Shown: positions 9,636-19,393, counted from the stretch's first letter. The stretch: DNA of 64,000 bases from Acidimicrobiales bacterium (GCA_039583615.1 JAVKSQ010000003.1:18719-82718); one strand, 5' to 3'. The notes: generated by a model not told the origin, from the letters alone. A program made the numbers and translations.

Positions 9636-9885
9636 GGCTTCCTCCCATCATCGGGCCCCCAGAGTTGGGCGCCCGCCCTGTCTATACCGCCCAGACCAAC
9701 CACGGCTTGGGCCCGCCCGGAGCCAGGCTCCGCCATTCGGGCCACGCTCTGTCCTGGTGGACCCTCGTCGTAGCCGATCTGGCAGAACAGGCCGGCCAGC
9801 GAGGCTTGCACGGGGTCCACCCGAAGGGCCGGCAGAACCATCTCTGCAGACCAGTCCTGCGACCGCCAGGCTACCTGGACAACCC

Positions 9886-11184
9886 ATGGGCCCGGGCTGG
9901 CTGTGCTACGCAGGGCAGGTGCCAACCTTCGAGCCTTTTGCCGGCCTTCGCTACGACCTCGACCGCCTCTCGGCCGGGGAGGCCCACGGGGGGGTGGCAG
10001 ACGGGACGGAGCCCTTGAGCCGGGTGATCGCTCCGCCCTACGACGTGATCAGCCCGGCCGAGCGTGACGCGCTGGCGGCCCGAAGCCCCTACAACATGGC
10101 CCGGTTGGAGTTGCCCACCGCCGATGCCACCATCGGCCTGGACGCCTACCAGACCGCCGCCCACCTGCTGGGGGCGTGGAGAAGCCAGGGGATACTGCGA
10201 CGTGACGCCAAGCCGGCGTATTACGGCTATGCCATGGCCTTCGAGGACGAGATGGGCCGCCTTCGACATAGCTTGGGGGTCATCGGAGCCCTCGCCCTGT
10301 CACCGCCGGGCGAGGAGGACGTACTGCCCCACGAGCAGACCATGTCCAGGCCCAAGAGCGACCGACTCGAGCTTCTCCGGGCCTGCCGGGCCAACCTGTC
10401 GCCGGTGTGGGGCCTGTCTTTGGCGCCGAGCCTGTCGGCGTTGTGCCAGCCGCCGGTCATGGGTGAGCTCGCCACCGCCGTCGACGACGACGGCGTGACC
10501 CACCTGCTGTGGACCATCAGCGACCCGCGGGCACTGAAGGCCCTCGCCGCCCGAGTGGGCGGGTCGCCGATCGTGATCGCCGACGGTCATCACCGCTACG
10601 AGACGGCTCTGGCCTACCAGGCTGAGCGCCGGGCGGCGACCGACGACCAGGCCGGCGATCACGACTTCATCATGGCCCTGGTGGTCGAGATGGCCGAGGA
10701 GCAGCTGTCGGTGAGGGCCATCCACCGCCTCCTGTCAGGGCTGCCCGGCGACTTGGACATCGTGACCGAGCTTGGCCGCCACTTCGAGATCTCTCAGACC
10801 GGAGCCGGCGGAGCGGCTCTGGTGGCGGCCATGGCCGATCAGGGGGCGCTGGGCCTGGCCACTCCGGCCGGCAACTGGCTGGCCCGGCCCCGGCCCGCCA
10901 CTGATGTCGCGGCCGGAGTCGACCTCGACTCCAGCCGGCTGGACGAGGCCCTGAGGGAGCTTGCGCCCCACGACATCGACTACGAGCATCGGCTGGCCGA
11001 AGCCCTGAACGCCGTTCACTCCGGCAGGGCGCAGGCCACCGTGCTCTTGAGACCGGCCAGCGTGGCAGTGATCGCCGAGACGGCCCGCCAGAGGCGGCGC
11101 CTGCCCCCCAAGACGACCCTCTTTTGGCCCAAGCCTCGCACCGGGATGGTGATGCGCCTGGTCGAGGACCAAGGCCGGACCTAG
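9886..11184 (+). CDS. DUF1015 family protein
   Basis: [10 protein letters not shown] ... [31 protein letters not shown] ... [14 protein letters not shown] are characteristic DUF1015 motifs. Start is the ATG at 9886 or the GTG at 9919. The track ORF starting at 9514 is rejected because it overlaps the HAD gene. Confidence 0.8.
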   Translation: MGPGWLCYAGQVPTFEPFAGLRYDLDRLSAGEAHGGVADGTEPLSRVIAPPYDVISPAERDALAARSPYNMARLELPTADATIGLDAYQTAAHLLGAWRSQGILRRDAKPAYYGYAMAFEDEMGRLRHSLGVIGALALSPPGEEDVLPHEQTMSRPKSDRLELLRACRANLSPVWGLSLAPSLSALCQPPVMGELATAVDDDGVTHLLWTISDPRALKALAARVGGSPIVIADGHHRYETALAYQAERRAATDDQAGDHDFIMALVVEMAEEQLSVRAIHRLLSGLPGDLDIVTELGRHFEISQTGAGGAALVAAMADQGALGLATPAGNWLARPRPATDVAAGVDLDSSRLDEALRELAPHDIDYEHRLAEALNAVHSGRAQATVLLRPASVAVIAETARQRRRLPPKTTLFWPKPRTGMVMRLVEDQGRT

Positions 11185-12230
11185 GCGACGGTGATCGACT
11201 CGTCCAAGAAGACGTCCTGCACGGCGTTGAGGAGCTCCACCCCCTGGGCCATGGGGCGCTGGAACGCCTTGCGGCCCACGATCAGGCCGGTCCCGCCGGC
11301 CCGCTTGTTGATCACCGCGGTGCGCACCGCCTCGGTCAGGTCGTCGGCTCCCTTGGATTCTCCGCCGGAGTTGATGAGACCGCTTCGTCCCATGTAGCAG
11401 TTGGCCACCTGCCACCGGGTCAGGTCGATCGGATGATCGGTCGTCAGCTCGTCGTAGACCAGCGGATCCGTCTTGCCGAAGCCCAAGGCGTTGAAGCCGC
11501 CATTGGTGGTGGGCAGCTTCTGCTTGATGATGTCAGCCTCGATCGTCACCCCGAGGTGGTTGGCCTGGCCGGTGAGATCGGCCGCCGTGTGGTAGTCGGT
11601 CCCCTCGTGCTTGAACTCCGAGTTGCGCAGGTAGCACCACAGCACGGTGAACATACCCAGGCGGTGGGCTTCAGCGAAGACCTTCGAGACCTCCTGCAGC
11701 TGCCGGGTCGACTCTGGGGAGCCGAAATAGACGGTGGCGCCCACTCCCACCGCGCCCAGGTTGGCGGCCTGGCGGACCGAGCCGAACATGATCTGGTCGT
11801 ACCGGTTGGGATAGGTGAGGAACTCGTTGTGGTTCAGCTTGCAGATGAAGGGGACCCGGTGAGCGTATCGGCGAGCGACCATCCCGAGCACGCCCAGGGT
11901 GCTGGCGATAGCACCGCATCCCGCCTGGACAGCCAGCTCGCAGAGGTTGTGAGGGTCGAAGTACGCCGGGTTCTTGGCGAAGCTGGCCGCCCCAGAGTGC
12001 TCCACCCCCTGGTCCACTGGGAAGATCGAGAGATACCCCGTCCCCGCCAACCGACCGTGGCCGAACATGGACGACAGGTTGCGCAGCACCGTCACCGAGC
12101 GGTCGCTTTGGACCAGGACCCGATCGATGAAGTCGGGCCCGGGCAGGACCAGCTCGTCGCGAGAGATTGTCTTGCAGGTGTGGGTGAGCAGGGACTCGGC
12201 CTCATCACCCAGGATCTGGTGGATGTCCAC
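11181..12230 (-). CDS. fbaB: Class I fructose-bisphosphate aldolase (FbaB/DhnA type)
   Basis: 349 aa, collinear with E. coli FbaB as I recall it: [87 protein letters not shown] start with SD AGGGGAG. Confidence 0.88.
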   Translation of the reverse strand: MDIHQILGDEAESLLTHTCKTISRDELVLPGPDFIDRVLVQSDRSVTVLRNLSSMFGHGRLAGTGYLSIFPVDQGVEHSGAASFAKNPAYFDPHNLCELAVQAGCGAIASTLGVLGMVARRYAHRVPFICKLNHNEFLTYPNRYDQIMFGSVRQAANLGAVGVGATVYFGSPESTRQLQEVSKVFAEAHRLGMFTVLWCYLRNSEFKHEGTDYHTAADLTGQANHLGVTIEADIIKQKLPTTNGGFNALGFGKTDPLVYDELTTDHPIDLTRWQVANCYMGRSGLINSGGESKGADDLTEAVRTAVINKRAGGTGLIVGRKAFQRPMAQGVELLNAVQDVFLDESITVA

Positions 12231-12389
12231 GGTGACTCCCCTCTATTCGCCATCCTCTGGCGGGCTATGCCATCCAGCTTAGTGGCAACCCGCCAGCCCA
12301 GGTGACCTAGCCAGGCATTTCCGCCGGCAGCGGCCGCCAGCGGCCCGAGAACGTCGCCTGCAGGCCCGGCCGAACCTGGTGCCGCCAAG

Positions 12390-13028
12390 CTACGGCGGGG
12401 GTGTGGCACCCTCCGATCGCACGGCAGCTGAGCCGAGCTCGGCGATCCACTCCCAGGCGCGGTCGACCTGATCTGCAAGCTCGGCACGGGTTCCGCCATT
12501 GGTGACCACCCAGTCAGCCCGGGCCAGACGCCTGTCCCTGCCAGCCTGGGCCGCCACCCGCGCCTCGGCGTCAGTCCGGTCCATCCCCCGCTGCGACACC
12601 AGGCGCTCGACCGCCACCTCGGCCGGCGTGTCCACCACGATCACGCCGGCCAGCAGCCCGCGTCCCTCGGATGACTCGACCAGTAGTGGGATGTCGGCCA
12701 CCACCACGTGATCGGTTCCCTGGTGGGCGGCAATGCGCTCGTCCATCACCGCCCGGATGGCGGGATGGGTAAGGGCGTTCAGGTCGGCCCTGGCCAACGG
12801 ATCGGAGAAGACAATCCTGGCCAGGGCCGGCCGGTCGATGCCGCCGTCGGGCGACAGGATGGCCGAGCCGAACCGGTCGACCACGTCCTGGTGGGCCGGT
12901 CCTCCGGCGGCCAGCACCTCCCGGGCGATGACGTCCGCATCCACCACCACTGCGCCCTTCTCCCCCAGCAGGGCCGACACTGTCGACTTGCCCGAGCCGA
13001 TGCCCCCGGTGAGCCCCACCACCACCAC
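12390..13028 (-). CDS. coaE: Dephospho-CoA kinase
   Basis: VVVVGLTGGIGSGKSTVS P-loop at the N-terminus. 212 aa. Sits immediately downstream of rpsA, as in other actinobacteria. Confidence 0.88.
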   Translation of the reverse strand: MVVVGLTGGIGSGKSTVSALLGEKGAVVVDADVIAREVLAAGGPAHQDVVDRFGSAILSPDGGIDRPALARIVFSDPLARADLNALTHPAIRAVMDERIAAHQGTDHVVVADIPLLVESSEGRGLLAGVIVVDTPAEVAVERLVSQRGMDRTDAEARVAAQAGRDRRLARADWVVTNGGTRAELADQVDRAWEWIAELGSAAVRSEGATPPP

Positions 13029-13031
13029 GGG

Positions 13032-14615
13032 CTATGCAGGTGGCGTGGCCGGTCTCTCGTCCTGATCTATGGCCGGCGACCCCTCACCTGGCACCGGCCC
13101 ATCCCGGGGGACCTCGCCGGCCGTCACCGCGTCGCCCACGGGGACCTGGTCGTCGACCGTTGTCCCCTGCTGGGCGGCGTACTCGGCCCAGGCCTTCTGG
13201 GCCTCGGTCTCGGGGGTGAACTCGGTCTCGGAGAATTCGAACGGGCCGATGTAGTTGCCCTCCTCGTCATAGGCATGCTCACCGAAGGCCTCTCGGTACT
13301 CGGCCGCCACCTCGCCGCCCTCGGCCGCCTGCTTGATGGAAAGGCTGATGCGCCGGCGTTGCAGGTCGATGTCGATGATCTTCACCCACAGCTCCTCGCC
13401 GGGAGTCACCACCTGCTCGGGCAGATCGACGTGGTGCATGGCCATCTCGGAGATGTGGACCAAGCCCTCGATACCCTCCCCGACCTGGACGAAGGCGCCG
13501 AAGGGCACCAGCTTGGTGACCCGGCCGTAGACCAGCTCCCCCACCCGGTGCGCACTGGCGAACTGCTGCCATGGGTCCTGTTGGGTGGCCTTGAGGGACA
13601 AGCTGATGCGCTCCTTGTCCAGGTCGACATCGAGGACCTGCACCTCGATCTCGTCGCCCACCGCCACCACCGACGCCGGGTGGTCGACATGCTTCCACGA
13701 CAGCTCGGACACATGCACCAGACCATCCATGCCGCCCAGGTCGACGAACGCCCCGAAGTTCACGACGGACGAGACCACTCCCCGGCGGACCTCACCGGGC
13801 TTCAGGTTCACCAGGAACTCCTCGCGTTGCTCGCGTTGGGTCTCCTCCAGCCAGGCCCGCCGCGACAAGACGACGTTGTTGCGGTTCTTGTCGAGCTCGA
13901 TGATCTTGGCTTCCACGATCCGGCCCACGTAGGGCTGCAGGTCTCTCACCCGGCGCAGCTCGACCAGCGACGCGGGCAGGAACCCGCGCAGGCCGATGTC
14001 GAGGATGAGACCGCCCTTCACCACCTCGATGACCGGGCCTCTGACCACGCCGTTGGCCTCTTTGAGGCTCTCGATGGTGCCCCAGGCCCGCTCGTACTGG
14101 GCCCGCTTCTTGGACAGGACCAGACGGCCTTCCTTGTCCTCCTTCTGCAGGACGAGGGCCTCGATGCGCTCCCCCAGCGAGACGATCTCACCCGGGTCGA
14201 CGTCGTGGCGGATCGACAGCTCTCTGACCGGGATCACACCCTCCGACTTGAAGCCGATGTCGAGGAGCACCTCGTCCTTGTCAACCTTGACCACCGTGCC
14301 CGACACGATGTCGCCGTCATCGAACTCGACGATGGTGCCGGTGATGGCGTCCTCGAGGGACATCCCATCCAGGTCGTTGGCCACCACCTGGCGGGGGACG
14401 TAGTCGTCCACGTCCTCGGTCGATCCGACGGCGACGGGCTCGGCGCCAGGCGGGCTCTCGGCGGGACTGCTCCCGGCGGCGAGCGGCGCGTTCTCGGCCG
14501 AGGTCATCTCCACGGGAGCCACCTCGACGAGAGCTCCCTCGGCGAGGGTAGCCTTGCCCTCGCCCATCTCGTCGGAAGGGGTCTCCGCTGGAGACAGATG
14601 GATGGGATTGGACAT
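13032..14615 (-). CDS. rpsA: 30S ribosomal protein S1
   Basis: Multiple S1 OB-fold repeats (GTVVKVDKDEVLLDIGFKSEGVIP, GPVIEVVKGGLILDIG, RGVVSSVVNFGAFVDLGG, GRVTKLVPFGAFVQV). ATG at 14613-14615 with an upstream GAAAGAAGG. Confidence 0.93.
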   Translation of the reverse strand: MSNPIHLSPAETPSDEMGEGKATLAEGALVEVAPVEMTSAENAPLAAGSSPAESPPGAEPVAVGSTEDVDDYVPRQVVANDLDGMSLEDAITGTIVEFDDGDIVSGTVVKVDKDEVLLDIGFKSEGVIPVRELSIRHDVDPGEIVSLGERIEALVLQKEDKEGRLVLSKKRAQYERAWGTIESLKEANGVVRGPVIEVVKGGLILDIGLRGFLPASLVELRRVRDLQPYVGRIVEAKIIELDKNRNNVVLSRRAWLEETQREQREEFLVNLKPGEVRRGVVSSVVNFGAFVDLGGMDGLVHVSELSWKHVDHPASVVAVGDEIEVQVLDVDLDKERISLSLKATQQDPWQQFASAHRVGELVYGRVTKLVPFGAFVQVGEGIEGLVHISEMAMHHVDLPEQVVTPGEELWVKIIDIDLQRRRISLSIKQAAEGGEVAAEYREAFGEHAYDEEGNYIGPFEFSETEFTPETEAQKAWAEYAAQQGTTVDDQVPVGDAVTAGEVPRDGPVPGEGSPAIDQDERPATPPA

Positions 14616-14759
14616 ATCGCTAGGTTGCCTTCTTTCCGGACGGGTCTCCGTCGGTGACTGGTCGTGACGAAGAGACGGGGTTGCGAACGGCCGCACTCCG
14701 TGGTGGCGAGCGTACCATCTGGTCGTTGCATGAGGCGCCTCTGCAGGGCGGCCGGGCGC

Positions 14760-17522
14760 CTATCCCTTGGCATCGGCCCAGGTCGTGCCCCACGACAGGG
14801 CGACGGCCAACGGCACACGCAGCTGGGCGGCACCCTCCATGGCCTGGCGAGTGAGCCCGGCGGCCTGCTGGCGCTCGCTGGGAGGGACCTCCACAATGAC
14901 CTCGTCATGGACCTGCAGGATGAGCCGGCTGGACAGGCCCTCCGCTTCGAGGGCACGGTCCAGGCGAACCAGGGCCACCTTGAACAGATCGGCGGCCAGT
15001 CCCTGGATACCCGCGTTCATGGCCTGGCGCTCCCCGGCCTGGCGAAGCCGGTAGTTGGACGAGGCCAGCTCGGGGATGAGGCGCCGACGGCCGAGCAGGG
15101 TCTCGGTGTAGCCCCTGGCCCTGGCCTCGGTGACGGTGGCCTCCATGTAGGCCCGGACCCGTGGGAAGGCCTCGAAGTAGGCGTCCAGGATGACAGCTGC
15201 CTCTTCTACCGGGATGCCCAGGCGCTGGGACAAGCCGTAGGCCTCCATGCCGTAGGCCAGACCGTAGGAGACCATCTTGGCCTTCGACCGCTGGGCCGGG
15301 GTCACCGCCTCGGGAGCGACGCCGAAGAGACGGGCGGCCGTGGTGGTGTGGATGTCCCGGCCCGTCTCGAAGGCCTCGATCAGTCCGGGGTCAGAGGCCA
15401 GGTGGGCAATGACCCGCAGCTCCACCTGGTCGTAGTCGGCCACCAGCAGCTCGCACCCCTCGGCCGGGATGAAGGCGCGGCGCAGCTGGCGCCCTTCCTC
15501 GCTGCGGATGGGGATGTTGTGGAGGTTGGGCTGCTCGGAGGACAGGCGCCCGGTACGGGCCACCGTCTGATTGAAGCTGGCGTGGATGCGGCCATCCGGG
15601 CCGATCTCGGCCAGCAGGCTCAATCCGTAGGTGGAGCGCAGCTTCTCCACCTCCCGGTAGCGCAGCAGCGCCTCGATGATGGGATGGGTGCCCCTCAGAC
15701 GCTCCAGGGATGCCGCATCGGTGGAGTAGCCCGTCTTGGTCCGCTTACGGGGAGCCAGTCCCAGCTTGTCGTACAGCACGGCCCGGAGCTGGGGAGTGGA
15801 GTTGACCCTGAACGGCTCACCGGCCAGCTCCTGGATCTCTGCGTCCAGCCGGTGGGTCTCCTGCGTCAGGGAGGTCACGAGACGGTGGAGGTAGTCGGCA
15901 TCGACTCGGACCCCCACCTCCTCCATGCGGGCCAGGACCCGCACCAGGGGACGCTCCACCTCGGCGTACAGCGGGCCCAGGTGGCGCGCCTCCAGAGCGG
16001 CGGTGAGCGGTGGCTGCAGACGGACCAGGACCGCCGCCCGCCGTGCCGCCGCCTCCGGGCCGTCCGTCGACTGCTCGTCGAGGTCCAGTTGTCCGACCGG
16101 AGGTCCGCTCGGGCCAGCCAGGTCGACGCCCGCATAGCGCGTCGCCAGATCCTCCAGGAGGTACAGACCGCCGGCCGGGTCCACCAGGTAGGCAGCCACC
16201 GCGGTGTCAAGGTCGAGGCCGGTGAGGTCGACTCCCAGCCGGGCCAGCCCCCGAGCCAGCTCCTTGGCCCGATGGGCTATCACCGGCGCCCCATGGGGCC
16301 CGACCAACCGGCCCAGCGTCTCGGCCACCTCCGCCTCGCCCAGCAGCCTGGCATCCAGCCACACCACCGGCACACGGCCCTCCCCAGCGGGACCAGCTCC
16401 AACCGGACCAGCGCCAGCCGGGCCTCCTCTGGCAAGGGCCAGGCCGGCCAGGGCGGACCGGCCTGGCTGCCCGGTCCAGGCAGCCTCCAGGGCAACCGCG
16501 GCAGGGGCCCCTCCGGCCCCGCTGAGCGGGCCGGGAGCGGCTAGGGCGCTGAGAGCGGCCACCGCCTCAGGCACGGATGCCATCCAGTCCAGGGCCACCT
16601 CGAGGGTGGCCGCCTTGGGCTCGGAGGGGGCCTGCAGGGCCTCACCCTTCTCCCCAACCGCCTCCACCAGGCGATCCCAAAGGGTGCGGAACTCCAGAAA
16701 GCCGAAGAGCGCCCGCACCTCCTGGGGATCCCATCCACCCATTCGCAGCTGGTCGGGCTCGGTACTCAGGGCCACGTCGCGCACCAGCGGGATGACGGTG
16801 GCATTGCGTCGCGTGGCGGCCTCGTGCTCGGCCAGATTGTGACGCAGCTTGGGGGTCAGCTGGTCGAGATGGGCGAAGATGCCGTCCAGTGAACCGTAGG
16901 TGTTGACCAGGCGGGCGGCGGTCTTCTCTCCCACACCCGGGACGCCCGGCAGGTTGTCCGAGGGGTCCCCCCTGAGGGCGGCGTACTCGACGTAGCGATC
17001 CGGCCTCACCCCGGTGCGGGCCTCGATGCCTGCCTCGTCGTAGAGGACGTAGTCGCTCACCCCCCTTCGGTTGTACAAGACCTTGACCAGGGGATCCTCC
17101 ACCAGCTGGTAGGCGTCGCGGTCGCCAGTGACCACTATCACCTCCTCCCCCCGGTCCCGGGCCCGGGAGGCCAGCGTGGCGATCACGTCATCGGCCTCGA
17201 AGCCGGCGGCCTCCACCACCGGGATGGCCAGCACCTCCACCATCTGTCGAACCAGGCCCATCTGCTGGCGCAGGATGTCCGGCGCCTCGGATCGCCCGGC
17301 CTTGTAGTCGCTCACCACCGTGTGGCGAAATGTCGGCTCGGGCCGGTCGAACGCCACCGCGATCCCGTCCGGTCGGTGGTCCTTCAGCAGGTTCACCAGC
17401 ATGGACGTGAAGCCGAACACGGCGTTGGTGACCTGGCCCGAGGCGGTGGCCATGTCGGTAGGAAGGGCGAAGAAGGCCCGATAGGCCAAGGAGTTGCCGT
17501 CTAGCAGTAAGAGCCTTCCCAT
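14760..17522 (-). CDS. polA: DNA polymerase I
   Basis: 5'-nuclease N-terminus MGRLLLLDGNSLAYRAFFAL. Polymerase motifs DYSQ-like ADYDQVELRV, RRxAKxxNFG-like QRSKAKMVSYGLAYG, and QVHDEVIVE. Start at the internal ATG at 17522. Confidence 0.93.
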   Translation of the reverse strand: MGRLLLLDGNSLAYRAFFALPTDMATASGQVTNAVFGFTSMLVNLLKDHRPDGIAVAFDRPEPTFRHTVVSDYKAGRSEAPDILRQQMGLVRQMVEVLAIPVVEAAGFEADDVIATLASRARDRGEEVIVVTGDRDAYQLVEDPLVKVLYNRRGVSDYVLYDEAGIEARTGVRPDRYVEYAALRGDPSDNLPGVPGVGEKTAARLVNTYGSLDGIFAHLDQLTPKLRHNLAEHEAATRRNATVIPLVRDVALSTEPDQLRMGGWDPQEVRALFGFLEFRTLWDRLVEAVGEKGEALQAPSEPKAATLEVALDWMASVPEAVAALSALAAPGPLSGAGGAPAAVALEAAWTGQPGRSALAGLALARGGPAGAGPVGAGPAGEGRVPVVWLDARLLGEAEVAETLGRLVGPHGAPVIAHRAKELARGLARLGVDLTGLDLDTAVAAYLVDPAGGLYLLEDLATRYAGVDLAGPSGPPVGQLDLDEQSTDGPEAAARRAAVLVRLQPPLTAALEARHLGPLYAEVERPLVRVLARMEEVGVRVDADYLHRLVTSLTQETHRLDAEIQELAGEPFRVNSTPQLRAVLYDKLGLAPRKRTKTGYSTDAASLERLRGTHPIIEALLRYREVEKLRSTYGLSLLAEIGPDGRIHASFNQTVARTGRLSSEQPNLHNIPIRSEEGRQLRRAFIPAEGCELLVADYDQVELRVIAHLASDPGLIEAFETGRDIHTTTAARLFGVAPEAVTPAQRSKAKMVSYGLAYGMEAYGLSQRLGIPVEEAAVILDAYFEAFPRVRAYMEATVTEARARGYTETLLGRRRLIPELASSNYRLRQAGERQAMNAGIQGLAADLFKVALVRLDRALEAEGLSSRLILQVHDEVIVEVPPSERQQAAGLTRQAMEGAAQLRVPLAVALSWGTTWADAKG

Positions 17523-17587
17523 CCACCTTGCCATGCTATGACGCCAGCCCTCCCGGCCGACCAGGCGGTGGCGAGGTACCATCAGGC

Positions 17588-18319
17588 ATGGCCGACGGCT
17601 TTCATCCGCCTGTGGAGGAGTACCTGGAGGCCATCCACGCCCTGGACGAGGAGGGAGTTCAGGTCATCCAGGCTCGACTGGCCCAGCGTCTGGGCCACTC
17701 GCCGCCGTCGGTGTCGGAGATGGTGCGCCGGCTCAAGGCCGATGGCTACGTTCGGGTGACCGACCGGGCCGTCACCCTCACGGCGCGGGGGAAGGCCCGA
17801 GCCGAGAGCGTGGTGCGCAAGCACCGGTTGGCCGAGCGGCTGCTGACTGACGTCATCGGCCTGGAATGGCACAAGGCTCACGCCGAGGCCGGCCGCTGGG
17901 AGCATGTCATCTCCGACGAGGTCGAGGCGCGCCTGGTGGAGCTACTGGGTCACCCGCTCACCTGTCCCCACGGCAACCCCATCCCCGGTGCCGTTGCCCA
18001 CCCCCCCTCGGGCGTGGCCGCCACTCCGGTGGCTCAGTCGCCCCTGAGCCAAGCCACTCCCGGCGACCGGGTGCGCCTGGAGCGGGTGACCGAGCAGGTC
18101 GAGATCGACGCCAACGCCCTCACCTACCTGAGCACCCACGGCTTCCTGCCGGGCACCGCCGCCCTGGTGACTGCCAAGGCGCCCGACGGCACCCTCACCT
18201 TGGACTTGGGCGGCCCGACCATTGCCCTGGGTCCGGCGATCGCCGCCCAGCTCTTCGTGGCTCCGATGGCCGGAGAGGTCAGGGTCGGCGACCTCAGGGT
18301 CTCAGCTCCCCCTCGATGA
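17588..18319 (+). CDS. DtxR/IdeR-family metal-dependent transcriptional repressor with C-terminal SH3/FeoA-like domain
   Basis: Aligns by eye with IdeR: EEYLEAIHALDEEGV, RKHRLAERLLTDVIGLEWHKAHAEAGRWEHVISDEVE, HGNPIPG. ATG at 17588. The 3' end overlaps pdtaR convergently by 26 nt. Confidence 0.85.
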   Translation: MADGFHPPVEEYLEAIHALDEEGVQVIQARLAQRLGHSPPSVSEMVRRLKADGYVRVTDRAVTLTARGKARAESVVRKHRLAERLLTDVIGLEWHKAHAEAGRWEHVISDEVEARLVELLGHPLTCPHGNPIPGAVAHPPSGVAATPVAQSPLSQATPGDRVRLERVTEQVEIDANALTYLSTHGFLPGTAALVTAKAPDGTLTLDLGGPTIALGPAIAAQLFVAPMAGEVRVGDLRVSAPPR

Positions 18320-18890
18320 CCTGGCGGGCCACCTCCTTCATGGTGAGGCGTCGGGCCATGGCGGTGCGCTGCACGAACGAGAAGGCATCGCTCTCCCGCA
18401 TGGCGTAGTCGTCCATCAAGATGCCCTTGGCCCGGTCGACCAGGCGCCGGGTGTCGAGCTGGTCCTCCAAGGTCCGGTTCTCCATCCCCAGGTTGCGGTT
18501 CTCGTGCTCGAGGGCCCGCACCTCGGCAAAGCGCCCCAGGGCCACCTCTATGGCAGGGATGAGCTCGCTCTTCTGGAAGGGCTTGACCAGGTAGGACATG
18601 ACGCCGGCGTCGCGCGCCTCTTCTATCAGGTTGCGCTGGCTGAAGGCGGTGAGAATGAGGACGGCGCACAGGCGCTCGCTGGAGATCTCCCGGGCGGCGG
18701 CCAGCCCATCGAGGCCCGGCATCTTGATGTCGAGGATGGCCAAGTCCGGGCGCTGCTCTCGCACCAGCGCCACCGCCTCGTCGCCTCGACCGGTGTCGCC
18801 CACCACGTCGTAGCCCTCTTCCTCGAGGATCTCCTTGAGGTCGAGGCGGATGATGGCCTCGTCCTCGGCGATGACGACCCTCGCGGCCAA
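18294..18890 (-). CDS. pdtaR: ANTAR-domain response regulator (PdtaR-like)
   Basis: Receiver domain (VVIAEDEAIIRLDLKEIL...DLAILDIKMPGLDG...YLVKPF) followed by a coiled coil and ANTAR (LVDRAKGILMDDYAMRESDAFSFVQRTAMARRLTMKEVARQVI). TTG start with SD GAAGGAG. Confidence 0.85.
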   Translation of the reverse strand: MAARVVIAEDEAIIRLDLKEILEEEGYDVVGDTGRGDEAVALVREQRPDLAILDIKMPGLDGLAAAREISSERLCAVLILTAFSQRNLIEEARDAGVMSYLVKPFQKSELIPAIEVALGRFAEVRALEHENRNLGMENRTLEDQLDTRRLVDRAKGILMDDYAMRESDAFSFVQRTAMARRLTMKEVARQVIEGELRP

Positions 18891-18965
18891 GAGGTTGGCT
18901 CCTTCTCATCGTGTCGGCTGTTGGCCTGAAGCTAGCCGCTGGAGGGCGCCAGCGCCGCTGGGGCG

Positions 18966-19022
18966 CCTACCGCGCTGGATGTCCTACCGCGCTGGATGTC
19001 CTACCGCGCTGGATGTCCTACA
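18966..19022. repeat. 17-bp tandem direct repeat, 3 full copies plus a partial copy (CCTACCGCGCTGGATGT)
   Basis: Copies at 18966-18982, 18983-18999 and 19000-19016, then cctaca. Lies 76-130 bp upstream of the pdtaR start. The last partial copy contains the stop codon of the upstream small ORF. Confidence 0.9.
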
Positions 19023-19302
19023 GAACGATCCTGCCCAACAGCTCGTCCTGAGCCCGTTCCAGGTCCGCCATCCGGGCGACCAGGTCGGCCCGGCCCCTGG
19101 CCATGGCCTCGGCGTGACGGCGTGCCTCCTGCAATTCCCGCTGGGCTACCGGGGTCTCCGAGACGAGGGCTTTCACCTGGGCCTCGTCGACCGCGCCCGA
19201 CAGGGTGGTCAGCTGCTCATCGACCACCGCCAGCTCGTCGCGGGACCGCCGCAGCCGGGCGCTGACCTCGAACAACCGCCGCTCGATCGCTGAACGGTGC
19301 AT
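19018..19302 (-). CDS. Small coiled-coil protein of unknown function (94 aa)
   Basis: ATG start. High third-position GC. Heptad-like helical sequence (RDELAVVDEQLTTLSGAVDEAQVKALV...LVARMADLERAQDELLGRI). No family recognised. No obvious SD. Confidence 0.5.
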   Translation of the reverse strand: MHRSAIERRLFEVSARLRRSRDELAVVDEQLTTLSGAVDEAQVKALVSETPVAQRELQEARRHAEAMARGRADLVARMADLERAQDELLGRIVL

Positions 19303-19373
19303 GGGCTGGGCAGTCTAGAGCACCCAGCGGACACCACCGTTCCTCGGGAGCAGCCCAGACGGGCCACCGCTGC

Positions 19374-19393
19374 CCCTCGGAGCAGTCCGAGGG
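19374..19393. promoter_or_regulatory. Perfect 7-bp stem / 6-nt loop hairpin carrying one GGAGCAG-core repeat
   Basis: ccctcgg-agcagt-ccgaggg. It lies in the divergent region between the small ORF/pdtaR unit and pstB. Related cores occur at 19347, 19446 and 19589. Function unknown. Confidence 0.35.

Noticed and set aside
9620-9925. The 101-aa minus-strand ORF in the HAD/DUF1015 spacer as a real gene.
   Set aside because: It has no recognisable motifs and would overlap both flanking gene starts. The sequence is Pro/Gly/Ala/Trp-rich, like other shadow ORFs.
18966-19022. The 17-bp repeat array as a CRISPR array.
   Set aside because: The units are contiguous with no spacers, too short for CRISPR repeats, and no cas genes are present in the window.
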